Shown here piece by piece: positions 1-10,459 of a stretch of 64,000 bases of DNA. Positions within the stretch are counted from its first letter, which is position 1; each line of letters opens with the position of its first letter. Source of the DNA: Bdellovibrionales bacterium (GTDB lineage Bacteria > Bdellovibrionota > Bdellovibrionia > Bdellovibrionales > UBA1609). Where the stretch lies: NCBI GenBank assembly GCA_965261545.1, contig CBDHDF010000010.1, positions 800,001 through 864,000 of the forward strand. The letters are read 5' to 3'. The translations under genes and the position numbers were made by a program. The notes under the pieces are model-generated. The model ran no database searches, was not told where the DNA came from, and saw only the letters and a list, made by a program, of their open reading frames with translations.

Positions 1-701
1 CCTCCTCCTCAAAGCGAGATTTGGTGGAGTCACTCTGATGCTGATCCATATAAGACTCTAAAAACTGATTCAAATGATCCCAGTCTTTAAAAACAATTCC
101 TTTGTTTCTAACAATATTTTTTATCCGAGAACTGAAGGTTCGAATATCACGCTCCACATCTCCCTTGTCAGAGCCCTTCCCTGCGCGGCAGGGAAGAACC
201 TTAAATCCATAGTATTGGATGGCTCGATCAAAAGATTGGGTGTAAATTCGCTGATTTCCTTTAAGAACTTTCTTCACACAGGGAGATAAATTATCAATAC
301 GGATGTTCGCACTCATCCCACCTATCTTTTCAAAAAAAGCATGCACCCCATCGATGAAACACTCATAGACAAGAAAGGGGTAGGCACGAACCCAACAGGT
401 GCCACTACAAGGCAATGTTCCAAAATGGAGATGAACGATCTGAACACCATCGGCAAATGGTAAAGCAACCTTCTCCTTAAAATCAAACTGAGCCTGTTCT
501 CCAGGATCATATCTTTGGCTGAAAAAACGCTCCTTGGGGCGAGAACCAAGAATCTCACAAACTCTTCTCTGAACCGTTCTCTCACTCCCACGATAACCCT
601 CCTCAACTAATAGCTCATATATTTCACGGGCGGTGTTACTTGGGTTCAACTTCAAAAAGTACTTCACCCGATCCCATAGGTGTTCGTGGTTTTTTATTCT
701 T

Positions 702-1946
702 TCATAGCAAGACCTTTTTAGCCATATTCATTGATGTTTTTCGCCGTCGGTAGTTTGTGTCATAAATTTCATGGGAGAATATCTTGATCTTCTCTATCAA
801 AATATTTAAATACTTTTGAGATGAGCTTAGGAGATATTTGATAAAATCAGAGGCTAATAAGACGGTAACCTTAGCAACTCTTTGAAACGATGTGGAGTCA
901 TTTTGTTCCTTATTGAGTTTAGTTCTTCCTATCCTCAAAACAACACTTGATGTGAGGTGAGCCGCTAATGAAGCAAGAAGAAGACTCTCTATGATATTTT
1001 GATCGTTTGAGGTGATCTGATTTGCATTCAAAGAATTCTTACAAGATTTGAAAATAAGTTCACATTGCCAACGTAAACGATAAATTGGATATATGGACTC
1101 CGCTGCCACATCTAAATTCGTGCAATACCAATGATAGCGTTTTTCGGAGGAATTCCAGAAGCCTACAATTCTCAAACTTACCCATTTACCATTGGACAAG
1201 ACACTGCCTATAAATTCAACAACATCGTTTTTTTTCTTGAGTTTAATATCAGAGAACTCTTTTCCAACATAGTAATCTGGCAAACCTTCAACAACAGCAT
1301 CAATAAGAATAGAGGCATTTGACTTCACTCTAGACAAGAAAAATCCTTTAGCTTCATGAATAGATGACAATAAGCCATAGTCCCAATATCCCAAATCAAA
1401 GATGACTAATTTTCCAACGAGTTCCTTTATATCAGGAAAGCACTTCCTATCGTTAGTGGAAGACGGAGTTAATTCGAACCAAGTCATTATACCACTGAAT
1501 AAACTGAAACAAGCGTGCCATTTAATTCCTGCGTTTGTTCTTGTCCCTGGAAAATTCTCAGATGCTCCATCCCAAAGGCTTATTGTGCTTGAGTCAACAA
1601 GAAGAACGTCTGAGACTCCCAGTTGTAATAATATGGCTTTGCTCCCATGAAAAGCTCCATGAGATAGCTTTATCATGAGCATTTCAACCAGTTTACTCAG
1701 AAGCTCTTTTAATCTTTTTCTAGAGAGTCTTTCCCAGAAGCTGTGTCTTTCAATTCTTAATCCTAAATGACTTATCATAAACCTCCTAATTCCCTCTATT
1801 GAATATGTCTTAGAGTCTCCCTGGAATGACAAGACAAGAGCCACAATAAACTCAAGAGGTGGAATGGTTGCCCGAGAGTCCTTTTCAGGAATAACTTTCT
1901 TGAAACATTTTTTGATCGTTTTAAGTGTTTGAGCTTCCGTGCTCAT
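702..1946 (-). CDS. IS4-family DDE transposase (ISH8-like), 414 aa
   Basis: VDSSTISL, FDLGYWDY and YRLRWQCELIFK (YREK-like) motifs. Confidence 0.92.
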   Translation of the reverse strand: MSTEAQTLKTIKKCFKKVIPEKDSRATIPPLEFIVALVLSFQGDSKTYSIEGIRRFMISHLGLRIERHSFWERLSRKRLKELLSKLVEMLMIKLSHGAFHGSKAILLQLGVSDVLLVDSSTISLWDGASENFPGTRTNAGIKWHACFSLFSGIMTWFELTPSSTNDRKCFPDIKELVGKLVIFDLGYWDYGLLSSIHEAKGFFLSRVKSNASILIDAVVEGLPDYYVGKEFSDIKLKKKNDVVEFIGSVLSNGKWVSLRIVGFWNSSEKRYHWYCTNLDVAAESIYPIYRLRWQCELIFKSCKNSLNANQITSNDQNIIESLLLASLAAHLTSSVVLRIGRTKLNKEQNDSTSFQRVAKVTVLLASDFIKYLLSSSQKYLNILIEKIKIFSHEIYDTNYRRRKTSMNMAKKVLL

Positions 1947-2051
1947 ATTTGCCCCCTGCGTTTAAAAAATAAAAATTTCCTCCAATTAATCTTGACCTAT
2001 TAAGATACTAACGCGAGAATCATTAAGTCTGTAGATAACTCACTTGTATCT

Positions 2052-2516
2052 ATGCGGATTCATTGTATTCGACAGGAGCAAAAAATAGCAATGATTTTTG
2101 GACTTTTAATATTACTTTCTTTGGGATCCTTTATATCTCTTCTTATTTCCTTATTGGTATTTGGATTTGGTTATTTACTGGCACTCATCCTCCCATTAAC
2201 TCAGATGCAAGCATCTTCTTTGTTTTTTGCTTCACTCACACTTTTGGTTCTTACATGTATTTTTATGATGCTCATATCTCAATTTAAAAATCGTTACTTT
2301 CACCAGAATCTAGGAGATATTCTTTTTGATAATTTGGATGAGGATTTGGAAGATGAAAAGCAAAAAAAAATTGTAACTGAAGATATGTCTGCATCACAGC
2401 AGAAAAATGACCAAAGCGAAAAAATTGGAAGAAATCAATCCTGTCCATGCGGAAGTGGAAAGAAATTTAAATTCTGTTGTTCCCAAAAGTCCACAGTTCT
2501 TTCGTTACACAATTAA
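2052..2516 (+). CDS. Membrane protein with C-terminal SEC-C Zn-binding motif (IS4-B passenger)
   Basis: Hydrophobic N-terminal helices, acidic linker, KIGRNQSCPCGSGKKFKFCC; lies inside the IS4-B IRs. Confidence 0.85.
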   Translation: MRIHCIRQEQKIAMIFGLLILLSLGSFISLLISLLVFGFGYLLALILPLTQMQASSLFFASLTLLVLTCIFMMLISQFKNRYFHQNLGDILFDNLDEDLEDEKQKKIVTEDMSASQQKNDQSEKIGRNQSCPCGSGKKFKFCCSQKSTVLSLHN

Positions 2517-2595
2517 GTCTCTTAAAACACATGGCTTGTCGTGGATATCAAATGTCAATCTGCGTCCATTTCTCAAAATACCATCTATAAATATT

Positions 2596-2700
2596 TGTAT
2601 CTATTCAGGGGGGCATGAGTTTACAGAGAGAGATTTATATTTTCTCTGGTAAGAAGGAGCAATTTACCTCTTGAACTCTGCTACCCCCTGAACAGTTACA
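2596..2700. mobile_element. 105-bp MITE inside IS4-B copy 1
   Basis: TGT...ACA ends, imperfect ~26-bp IR, 6-bp TSD AATATT; absent from IS4-B copy 3, which has a single AATATT near 39786. Confidence 0.85.
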
Positions 2701-3637
2701 AATATTTATAAATCGCCCACTTCCCTCTATGTAAAAAAGGAGGCTTGAAAAGTATTTCCATTAATTCGGAATTAAAATTAGAAAAAAACCACGAACACCT
2801 ATGCACCCGATCCATATATCCATTAAGGGGATCTGGGCGAGTTCTTTTGGACCTCGCCTTGTACTTCGGTGGGGTGTTGGACTCACAGTACTTGCGCACC
2901 GTCTTACGATTGATCCCTAATTCACGAGATATTTCTGTCTTATTTTTACCACTGTGACTCAGGTCACGAATGCGGCCGAAAGTGTATTGACTAATCATAA
3001 GATCCTCCTCATTGCTAACCTTTTGAGTTGCAAGAGGGAGGGACTCTGTGAGCTTATCTATATCAGAAGAAGAGACTTCATTGTCTAGTATTTGAACACT
3101 CCCTGAAGATTGGTCACTTTTCATTGGCGACAACCTCCATATTGAAAGTGGGACATTTTAATTGGCGACGGCTTTAAGGGAAGCCTGTCTTCAGAAAGAA
3201 ATTCCATGAAAATTGAGGCAAATGTTGGAATCTTGTGGAATTTAAATACTTTAGAAAATGGGCACAGCCTAAACAGGCTTTTCTTGACTATATATTTAAC
3301 CTCATTGAAATCCAGAAACAGTCTACAAAATGACAAATATGGAACCTGAATAGGCTGTCATGGAAGGACTCTCCAACACGGAGCCCCTTTCCAGGTCGAC
3401 AAGAACCCAAAAGGAGTTCTTATCAGCTCGGAGCCTTTTTATGAGTAATATCAATTGATTATATGCGTCTCGGTTGACAATGCCAAAAATCACCATAGGT
3501 CCTCCTCTGAAAAGTGGCCACTTTTCATTGGCGACGGTGGGGCATTTTAATTGTCAGCTAACATGAGGGGCCAAATAAAGTCCCACTGGATAGGAGGCTC
3601 CTCTCAATCTCCTCTCAATGTGGAATCGAGACTAAGA

Positions 3638-3705
3638 ATCTTTCAGTCGTACCCGAAAGCCCCCTGGGGCTGAGGGGCGAGGGCAGGAGCCCGAGACTGA
3701 AAGAT
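3638..3705. other. Stem-loop in the remnant of an unidentified element
   Basis: ATCTTTCAGTC ... GACTGAAAGAT perfect 11-bp stem enclosing GC-rich sub-hairpins. Confidence 0.45.
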
Positions 3706-3756
3706 CCGCAACAGGATGTTGCGTCGATTCAAGCAAGTAGCCACCACCTGTGGGAG

Positions 3757-5173
3757 CAATGCCGTTTCCTTAAGCCACCACACCCCTCTGCCTCTGCGTT
3801 AAGCTATTTCTTTTAAAAGAACTCCCAGCGCTTTTGATAGACCTTTCATAGCTTCTTTTGAAGTGCCTCCTCTTCTCCATTGAAATCTTCATCAGCAACT
3901 TTATCTGCTTCCTAAATTTCTGATAGAGCCCCGCAACAAAAAGAGGGATGCTATCCATTATGAAATCAAGAATCAGTTTAAAGTTAGGTTTTTTGTAGTC
4001 ATTTTTTACCAACTGATTCACACTGTCTTCATCCTCATTTATGCTCATTTGAATCTTTGTATAATTGAAGAGCCAAAAATAAGAATACAGCTCTTGCAAT
4101 ATTCCATTAAGGCTTGTTGAGTGCCACTGCTCCATTTTCATTGTCGATGTAAAATCACGAAATGTCGTTTCTATTTCCCAACGACGAGAGTAAAGAGCAA
4201 CCATATCCTTCTTGTCCAAGGAGCCATGCGGAAGATTAGTGGCCAAAACAGAGAACTCCCCAGTCTTTGGGTTTTTATACTTATAGAGATGAATGACCAC
4301 CCCCTCAATAACCATTCGTGAATACCAACCTGGGCCATTAAATAAATTTACAATGGGGATAAAAGTAGAGCCTCGCTTACAACGCGCAATAAAGAAGTTA
4401 CTGGCTTGAGCATGGGCCTTAATAATCTCTGTAGATAAATAAAGCCTATCGTAGAGAGTTATGCTATTACTCTCAAAACTACCTATCATTTGAATAGCAT
4501 TGGCGATTTCGTTGAGAGCGGGAGAATAGCAAAGATTCTTTGTCACACCCGATAAAACGTCATAAGCATGAGATAGATACATACGTAAGAAATGAGTTTC
4601 CATCTCATTTGGGCAAGGGTACCCACAATAACCCTCCTTTAAAAGATCTTTAGAGCGAGGAAGTGCTAATTGGTCGCCATCTATGGCATAGATATAAAAA
4701 CCATGAAACGTTTTTCTCAATGGTTCGTAGTCTGTAATCAGAGATTCAAAGATATCTTTGAAAAATAGGTAAGAAATACTTTGACGTATCTTGCTGAGAC
4801 TGCTTTTGACTGGCATGAGAAGCAGGTCACCAAAATGAGTCCATACCGTCTTAAGAGCGATTTGGTAGCCTTCGTAATTTGTTCCTGAAATAAGATAGAT
4901 AATGGTAAAAAAGAAAATTTGAGGATTAAATTTTCGATTCCTTTTTTGTTTTTCTGGATCGACAAGGTGCTCTGGCTTGAAGGAAGAATCAAGTTTTGGT
5001 AGAATAAAATGGTCATCTGTGACGCGAACTCGTCATTTGGGGGCTTTCGAGATCAATATTGGATTGCATGTGACTTACTCCTTGGTTGAGGGTTGGGTGT
5101 AAAATAAAACAAGTCTTATTCTTGTCGATTTATCTAATGATTTCAAGAGATTTTTCTTAAGGAAACGGCATTG
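3757..5173 (-). mobile_element. IS4-family element IS4-A, copy 1 (1417 bp)
   Basis: 18-bp IR CAATGCCGTTTCCTTAAG; 11-bp TSD ACCTGTGGGAG. Confidence 0.96.
3770..4816 (-). CDS. IS4-family transposase (frame stays open ~72 codons upstream of the called ATG)
   Basis: YAIDGDQ, YDRLY and YSRRWEIETTFR motifs. Confidence 0.9.
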   Translation of the reverse strand: MPVKSSLSKIRQSISYLFFKDIFESLITDYEPLRKTFHGFYIYAIDGDQLALPRSKDLLKEGYCGYPCPNEMETHFLRMYLSHAYDVLSGVTKNLCYSPALNEIANAIQMIGSFESNSITLYDRLYLSTEIIKAHAQASNFFIARCKRGSTFIPIVNLFNGPGWYSRMVIEGVVIHLYKYKNPKTGEFSVLATNLPHGSLDKKDMVALYSRRWEIETTFRDFTSTMKMEQWHSTSLNGILQELYSYFWLFNYTKIQMSINEDEDSVNQLVKNDYKKPNFKLILDFIMDSIPLFVAGLYQKFRKQIKLLMKISMEKRRHFKRSYERSIKSAGSSFKRNSLTQRQRGVVA

Positions 5174-5353
5174 ACCTGTGGGAGGATCTCCTGCTTTAAA
5201 TGCCAGGAACTAGGCTTCCAAAAATAATCCATCAAATCAGATACAGCGAAATTATCCTCCCAAGAGAACTTGGAAATCTCAAGTGCTCTTAATTTCTTGA
5301 GCCACCAGGCGGGAGAGCAAACCAAACAGAGAGAATCAGTCATCCTTTTTTCA

Positions 5354-5491
5354 CTCACTTCACCTCGACACACCTTGCTAATCAAAATATCACTCTCAAC
5401 AACTTAAACTCAGTCAGGATAAAATCATAAAAATTGCTTCGAGGTCAAAGGAACCCATGAAAAGTCCGTCAAAATAAAGTATTGGATCACA
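5354..5491 (-). mobile_element. Orphan IS-like terminus (IS-F), repeated at 25679-25816
   Basis: 138-bp near-identical repeat ending ...AAATAAAGTATTGGRTCACA; it truncates the neighbouring sequence at both loci. Confidence 0.6.
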
Positions 5492-5639
5492 CCATCTTAT
5501 CCTCTAGGTTGCTGATCCCCAGTGGCCTGAACTGGCCGTTGTCTTTGGGAATGAGCACTTCTCTGACCGGGGAGGGGCAGTAGGTCATAGTTTTCATGCG
5601 AAGAATTAGATTATCTATATTCTTGGCAAGGTCTTGCCT
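5492..5639 (-). pseudogene. Group II intron reverse transcriptase/maturase fragment
   Basis: Minus strand reads QDLAKNIDNLILRMKTMTYCPSPVREVLIPKDNGQFRPLGISNLEDKMV (RT0-RT2 signature); not in the ORF track. Confidence 0.9.
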
Positions 5640-7056
5640 CAATGCCGTTTCCTTAAGAAAAATCTCTTGAAATCATTAGATAAATCGACAAGAATAAGAC
5701 TTGTTTTATTTTACACCCAACCCTCAACCAAGGAGTAAGTCACATGCAATCCAATATTGATCTCGAAAGCCCCCAAATGACGAGTTCGCGTCACAGATGA
5801 CCATTTTATTCTACCAAAACTTGATTCTTCCTTCAAGCCAGAGCACCTTGTCGATCCAGAAAAACAAAAAAGGAATCGAAAATTTAATCCTCAAATTTTC
5901 TTTTTTACCATTATCTATCTTATTTCAGGAACAAATTACGAAGGCTACCAAATCGCTCTTAAGACGGTATGGACTCATTTTGGTGACCTGCTTCTCATGC
6001 CAGTCAAAAGCAGTCTCAGCAAGATACGTCAAAGTATTTCTTACCTATTTTTCAAAGATATCTTTGAATCTCTGATTACAGACTACGAACCATTGAGAAA
6101 AACGTTTCATGGTTTTTATATCTATGCCATAGATGGCGACCAATTAGCACTTCCTCGCTCTAAAGATCTTTTAAAGGAGGGTTATTGTGGGTACCCTTGC
6201 CCAAATGAGATGGAAACTCATTTCTTACGTATGTATCTATCTCATGCTTATGACGTTTTATCGGGTGTGACAAAGAATCTTTGCTATTCTCCCGCTCTCA
6301 ACGAAATCGCCAATGCTATTCAAATGATAGGTAGTTTTGAGAGTAATAGCATAACTCTCTACGATAGGCTTTATTTATCTACAGAGATTATTAAGGCCCA
6401 TGCTCAAGCCAGTAACTTCTTTATTGCGCGTTGTAAGCGAGGCTCTACTTTTATCCCCATCGTAAATTTATTTAATGGCCCAGGTTGGTATTCACAAATG
6501 GTTATTGAGGGGGTGGTCATTCATCTCTATAAGTATAAAAACCCAAAGACTGGGGAGTTCTCTGTTTTGGCCACTAATCTTCCGCATGGCTCCTTGGACA
6601 AGAAGGATATGGTTGCTCTTTACTCTCGTCGTTGGGAAATAGAAACGACATTTCGTGATTTTACATCGACAATGAAAATGGAGCAGTGGCACTCAACAAG
6701 CCTTAATGGAATATTGCAAGAGCTGTATTCTTATTTTTGGCTCTTCAATTATACAAAGATTCAAATGAGCATAAATGAGGATGAAGACAGTGTGAATCAG
6801 TTGGTGAAAAATGACTACAAAAAACCTAACTTTAAACTGATTCTTGATTTCATAATGGATAGCATCCCTCTTTTTGTTGCGGGGCTCTATCAGAAATTTA
6901 GGAAGCAGATAAAGTTGCTGATGAAGATTTCAATGGAGAAGAGGAGGCACTTCAAAAGAAGCTATGAAAGGTCTATCAAAAGGGCTGGGAGTTCTTTTAA
7001 AAGAAATAGCTTAACGCAGAGGCAGAGGGGTGTGGTGGCTTAAGGAAACGGCATTG
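5640..7056 (+). mobile_element. IS4-A copy 2 (no TSD)
   Basis: Both IRs present; flanks differ. Confidence 0.95.
5997..7043 (+). CDS. IS4-family transposase
   Basis: Same protein as 3770-4816 except two residues. Confidence 0.9.
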   Translation: MPVKSSLSKIRQSISYLFFKDIFESLITDYEPLRKTFHGFYIYAIDGDQLALPRSKDLLKEGYCGYPCPNEMETHFLRMYLSHAYDVLSGVTKNLCYSPALNEIANAIQMIGSFESNSITLYDRLYLSTEIIKAHAQASNFFIARCKRGSTFIPIVNLFNGPGWYSQMVIEGVVIHLYKYKNPKTGEFSVLATNLPHGSLDKKDMVALYSRRWEIETTFRDFTSTMKMEQWHSTSLNGILQELYSYFWLFNYTKIQMSINEDEDSVNQLVKNDYKKPNFKLILDFIMDSIPLFVAGLYQKFRKQIKLLMKISMEKRRHFKRSYERSIKRAGSSFKRNSLTQRQRGVVA

Positions 7057-7137
7057 TACCCTAACCATAGTCTCGTATTCCAGCATTTCTCAACGCCTTA
7101 GAGCCCTCTTATAAGGGGACCTTATTTATTAAAAAAC

Positions 7138-8966
7138 TTAGTTGTCAAAACGGTCACCGTATTCAATGGCAAACCTGTTCATGGCTGGCTTCCAGTTGTG
7201 TAATGGTCGTGTCCATCGCTTAGAGGCCATTTTTATCGCTAAATATACAACTTTTAAAGCCGACCGATCACTGGGAAATATCTTACGATTTCTGATCGCC
7301 TTGCGGATCACGCTATTTAACGACTCTATGGCGTTTGTGGTATAAAAAATCTTTCTGATTTCATCCGGATAATCGAAAATAGTGATGAGATTGTCCCAAT
7401 TCCTACGCCAAGACTTTTCAATATTCGGATACTTTGAAGACCACTTGGTACAAAATTCCTCAAGGGCCTTTTCAGCTTCTGTCAGAGTCGTAGAGCCATA
7501 AATGGACTTGAGGTCTTGGGCGACAGCTTTCATATTCTTGGAAGGAACATAGCGAAGGGAATTGCGGACCATATGGACAATGCACAGTTGCACTTTAGAC
7601 TTGGGAAAAGCCGCTGAAATGGCTTGAGGAAAACCTGTAAGACCATCTACAGAAAATATAAATACGTCTTTCAACCCTCGATTTTGCAGCTCAGTCAAAA
7701 CACTCAACCAAAACTTTGAACCCTCATTTTCAGAAATCCATAGGCCCAACAAGTCTTTCTGACCCTCCTCTGTAATACCAAGAGCTAGGTAAATCGCCTT
7801 ATTAATAACTCTCTTGTCTTGATGGACCTTCACCACGATACAGTCCAAAAATACGATAGGGTAAGTGCTATCCAAGGGGCGGTTCTGCCAAGCCGTAACT
7901 TCATCAATAACAGCATCCGTCACGTTGGCTATCACTGAGTGGGATATCTCTGCACCATGGTAGAGGTCTTTGATAGCTCCTTGAATATCCCTGGTCGTCA
8001 TTCCCCTCGCATAGAGGGTCAGAATACTGTCTTCAAAGCCCTCAAGACGAGTCTTGCCTTTGGGAATGACTTGGGGCTCAAAGGAGGCACTTCGGTCACG
8101 GGGGACCTGAAGCTCCACCTCGCCTTTCTCTCCCTTTATGGTCTTTCTACTGTAACCATTGCGAGTGTTGGATTTGAGGGTCTCAGACTTCTCATGCCTC
8201 TCATAACCTAGGTGATCGTCCATTTCCGCATTAAGAGCTGTCTCTAAAACAACCTTCATCAGTTGATCCGTTATGTCGGATAAATCCTTTTGGGTCTTGA
8301 CCTTCTTCGCTAGTTCCTTGCCTATCGAGTAGGCAGTGGGAACTTCCCCCACTGCCCCTCACAGAACCGTGCTTGAAAGTCTCCCCTCACACGGCTCCTA
8401 TGATTTTCCGTTTCATTAGGCTCCTCCTCAGCATAACCAAGTTGGCCTGACTACTTCCATAAATCATGTGACCCCTTCGCTCCATTCTCATTACAAGAAC
8501 TTCATCACTACTACGAATCACTCTGCCCCTGGTTGGTGGCATCGGTATTTAGCACTTCGGGGGTCTCCCTTATAGCGTTTCCCTTATCATCCACCAGCAG
8601 GTTCCCACGTTCCGATACGAAGCCTGTACTAGGTTCATGCCCCCTATACACCGCACGCCGTCTAGATCGGTCATCAGGCTTCCTCTAGACTTATCCCGAC
8701 GGAGACAACCTTCCTTCGGTTTTGACGCGACTGTTAATCTTTCGATGCGTCGTCGGTGGGTTTGCTTTCGCTCATCTCCCTAGTACTTACATGACCGTTT
8801 ACTACGGCCTTTTCCTTGCTCGCTCACTACAAGGGCCTTGCCTCCCATGCAGCAGCAAGGTTGTTTGCACTCAAATCCTGAAATCCGAGTGCGGAGGACC
8901 TACCTCCATCTTCACATCAGCATGTCACCTCCGTGACTTCGTGGCACACATTGTCTTGATATCCAT
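7138..8966 (-). CDS. IS256 transposase split by a group II intron (exon 1 8950-8966, exon 2 7138-8323)
   Basis: Joined exons read MDIKTIGKELAK..., as in 50388-51590; RNGYS, VPRDR, FLDCI, YTTNAIESLN motifs. Confidence 0.9.
8324..8949 (-). ncRNA. ORF-less group II intron (626 nt, IIB/class D-like)
   Basis: 5' GTGTG; 3' ...TACTCGAT; domain V GAGCCGTGTGAGGGGAGACTTTCAAGCACGGTTC; domain VI hairpin; loop GTTGTC complementary to exon end GACAAT. Confidence 0.93.
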
Positions 8967-9037
8967 TCTGCCTTCTCCTTTCAGGATGATAGTTCATCCT
9001 AATATGATTCGGCAGTTACACAAAATAGTTTACAGGC

Positions 9038-10459
9038 TCATTTTGTAAGGTGGGCCTCACAAAGATAAGTTAAAAAGCATAGAGTTAAATGTCCAATAAT
9101 CCTCTGGTCTGTCCAATGGAAAACAGGACGTGTTTTCAAAGTCCCTTTTAACTCACCAAAAGCATCTTCAATTTTCCACAATTCTTTGTAGTTGATAATA
9201 ATCTCATCTGCCGTCAAGTCTTTGACATTTGTAAGGACGGCAAAAAAACCATCAATTTTTTCATCTAATTCTATTTGTTCTGCATTTAATTCAGGTTTTT
9301 TATTTTTGTCGTCAGCCATCTTTACATATTTCTTATAACCTTTATTGGAAACAAAAGTACTAGACTGAACACCTTTAGAAGATAGTTTTCCTTCGATCTT
9401 TTCAAGAAGGGATTCTCTAGATTTTTTATCTCTCTCTGCTCTTTTCCTAGACCAAGTCACAATACATCTATGCCCCCCATGGTCTGTTTCGTAAACAGCA
9501 AGCTCATTCTCATATACCCAGCTAAAACGATTTAAATCATAGACCTCTTGTTTCTTTTCTTTTTTTAAAGATCCAAGCTTCATACCAACAATAAACTCGC
9601 TTTGATCCTCACTGAGTTTGTCAGTATTAGCCTTTGATAAAAGCCCCCTATCAGCCACAAAAATGAAACGGCGTACATTAAACTTTTTTCTCATTTTATC
9701 AACAATATCTGAAAGCGTCTTGCCTTCAAAAGTATTACCAGGGAAAACCTCAAAACCTAAAGGGATGCCATCCCGATTCACCAACAAACCAAAGACAACT
9801 TGGGTGCAGTCTGATCGTCTCTCTTTACTATAGCCAAATTGACGAAGTTTCCCTAAGTCTGTTCTTGTACTCTCGAAGCGTAAGGTTGTTAAATCATACA
9901 ACACAATGTCTACTTGGAAATTAAATAAATCTCGCCCCACCCAATAAAGCGAGTTCTCTATTTCATCCTTATGGGAGGCAAGTAAGTCCATAGACCGATA
10001 AATATGCTGGAGACTCAAATCACCCTTAATCATGTCTGGGTAAAAAGATTTTTGCCAATACTCAAAAACCTTTAACTTGGAACTAGGAGCAATAAATCGG
10101 CTGGCAACTAAGGTAAAAATCACCTTACATAAATCAAATTGAACTTTCTCATGAGAATCTTTTATGTCTTTGAGGGTCTTATTGATACCCAGTTGATCAA
10201 ACAACTTTTGTAAAATCAGCAAGGGACCCAAAATGAAAGTCTCTTCGATGTAAAGCTCCTTAGCCAATTGACTCACAGTGAGAAGCTCTCGGTGGCGGGA
10301 TACGGCCTGCGCCAAACTATTAATCTTATCCTCTCCTCCTTCTCCAGCCTTACCTAAGGACATGAGCATGCGTTTTTTGGATTTGCCTTTTTCTCTGTAG
10401 GACTCCACAAGGTGGTAGTAGCACTGACCTTTTGAGTTTTTAGTCGTTTGGATGTACAT
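9038..10459 (-). pseudogene. IS1634 transposase, C-terminally truncated
   Basis: LYDLTTLRFE, FGYSKERRSD, VADRG, LWKIEDAFGELK, RPVFHWT; the stop codon is supplied by the IS256 end. Confidence 0.88.

Larger units (their letters stand above)
675..2803 (-). mobile_element. IS4-family element IS4-B, copy 1 (2129 bp, passenger-carrying)
   Basis: IR CATAGGTGTTCGTGGTTTTTT at both ends; 10-bp TSD CACCCGATCC (665-674, 2804-2813); empty site visible in the intact IS21-A near 36166. Confidence 0.96.
1..2998 (-). pseudogene. istA: IS21 transposase IstA disrupted by IS4-B insertion at 675-2803
   Basis: Matches the intact istA at 34894-36360 on both sides of the insertion; GAGGAGG SD before ATG 2998. Confidence 0.9.
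1..3563 (-). mobile_element. IS21-family element IS21-A, copy 1 (runs off window start; interrupted by IS4-B)
   Basis: Near-identical to ~35502-36927 of the intact copy; terminus ...TTGTCAGCTAACA at 3563. Confidence 0.93.
7057..9039 (-). mobile_element. IS256-family element, copy 1 (3' end removed by IS4-A; contains a group II intron)
   Basis: Left IR GAGCCTGTAAACTATTTTGTGTAACT at 9039; matches the copy starting at 50315. Confidence 0.93.

Noticed and set aside
5757..5780. Alternative genetic code (TGA read as sense) to explain the IS4-A start problem
   Set aside because: Several recognisable genes here end at TGA at the expected length (IS4-B transposase, istA 12176, secG), consistent with code 11
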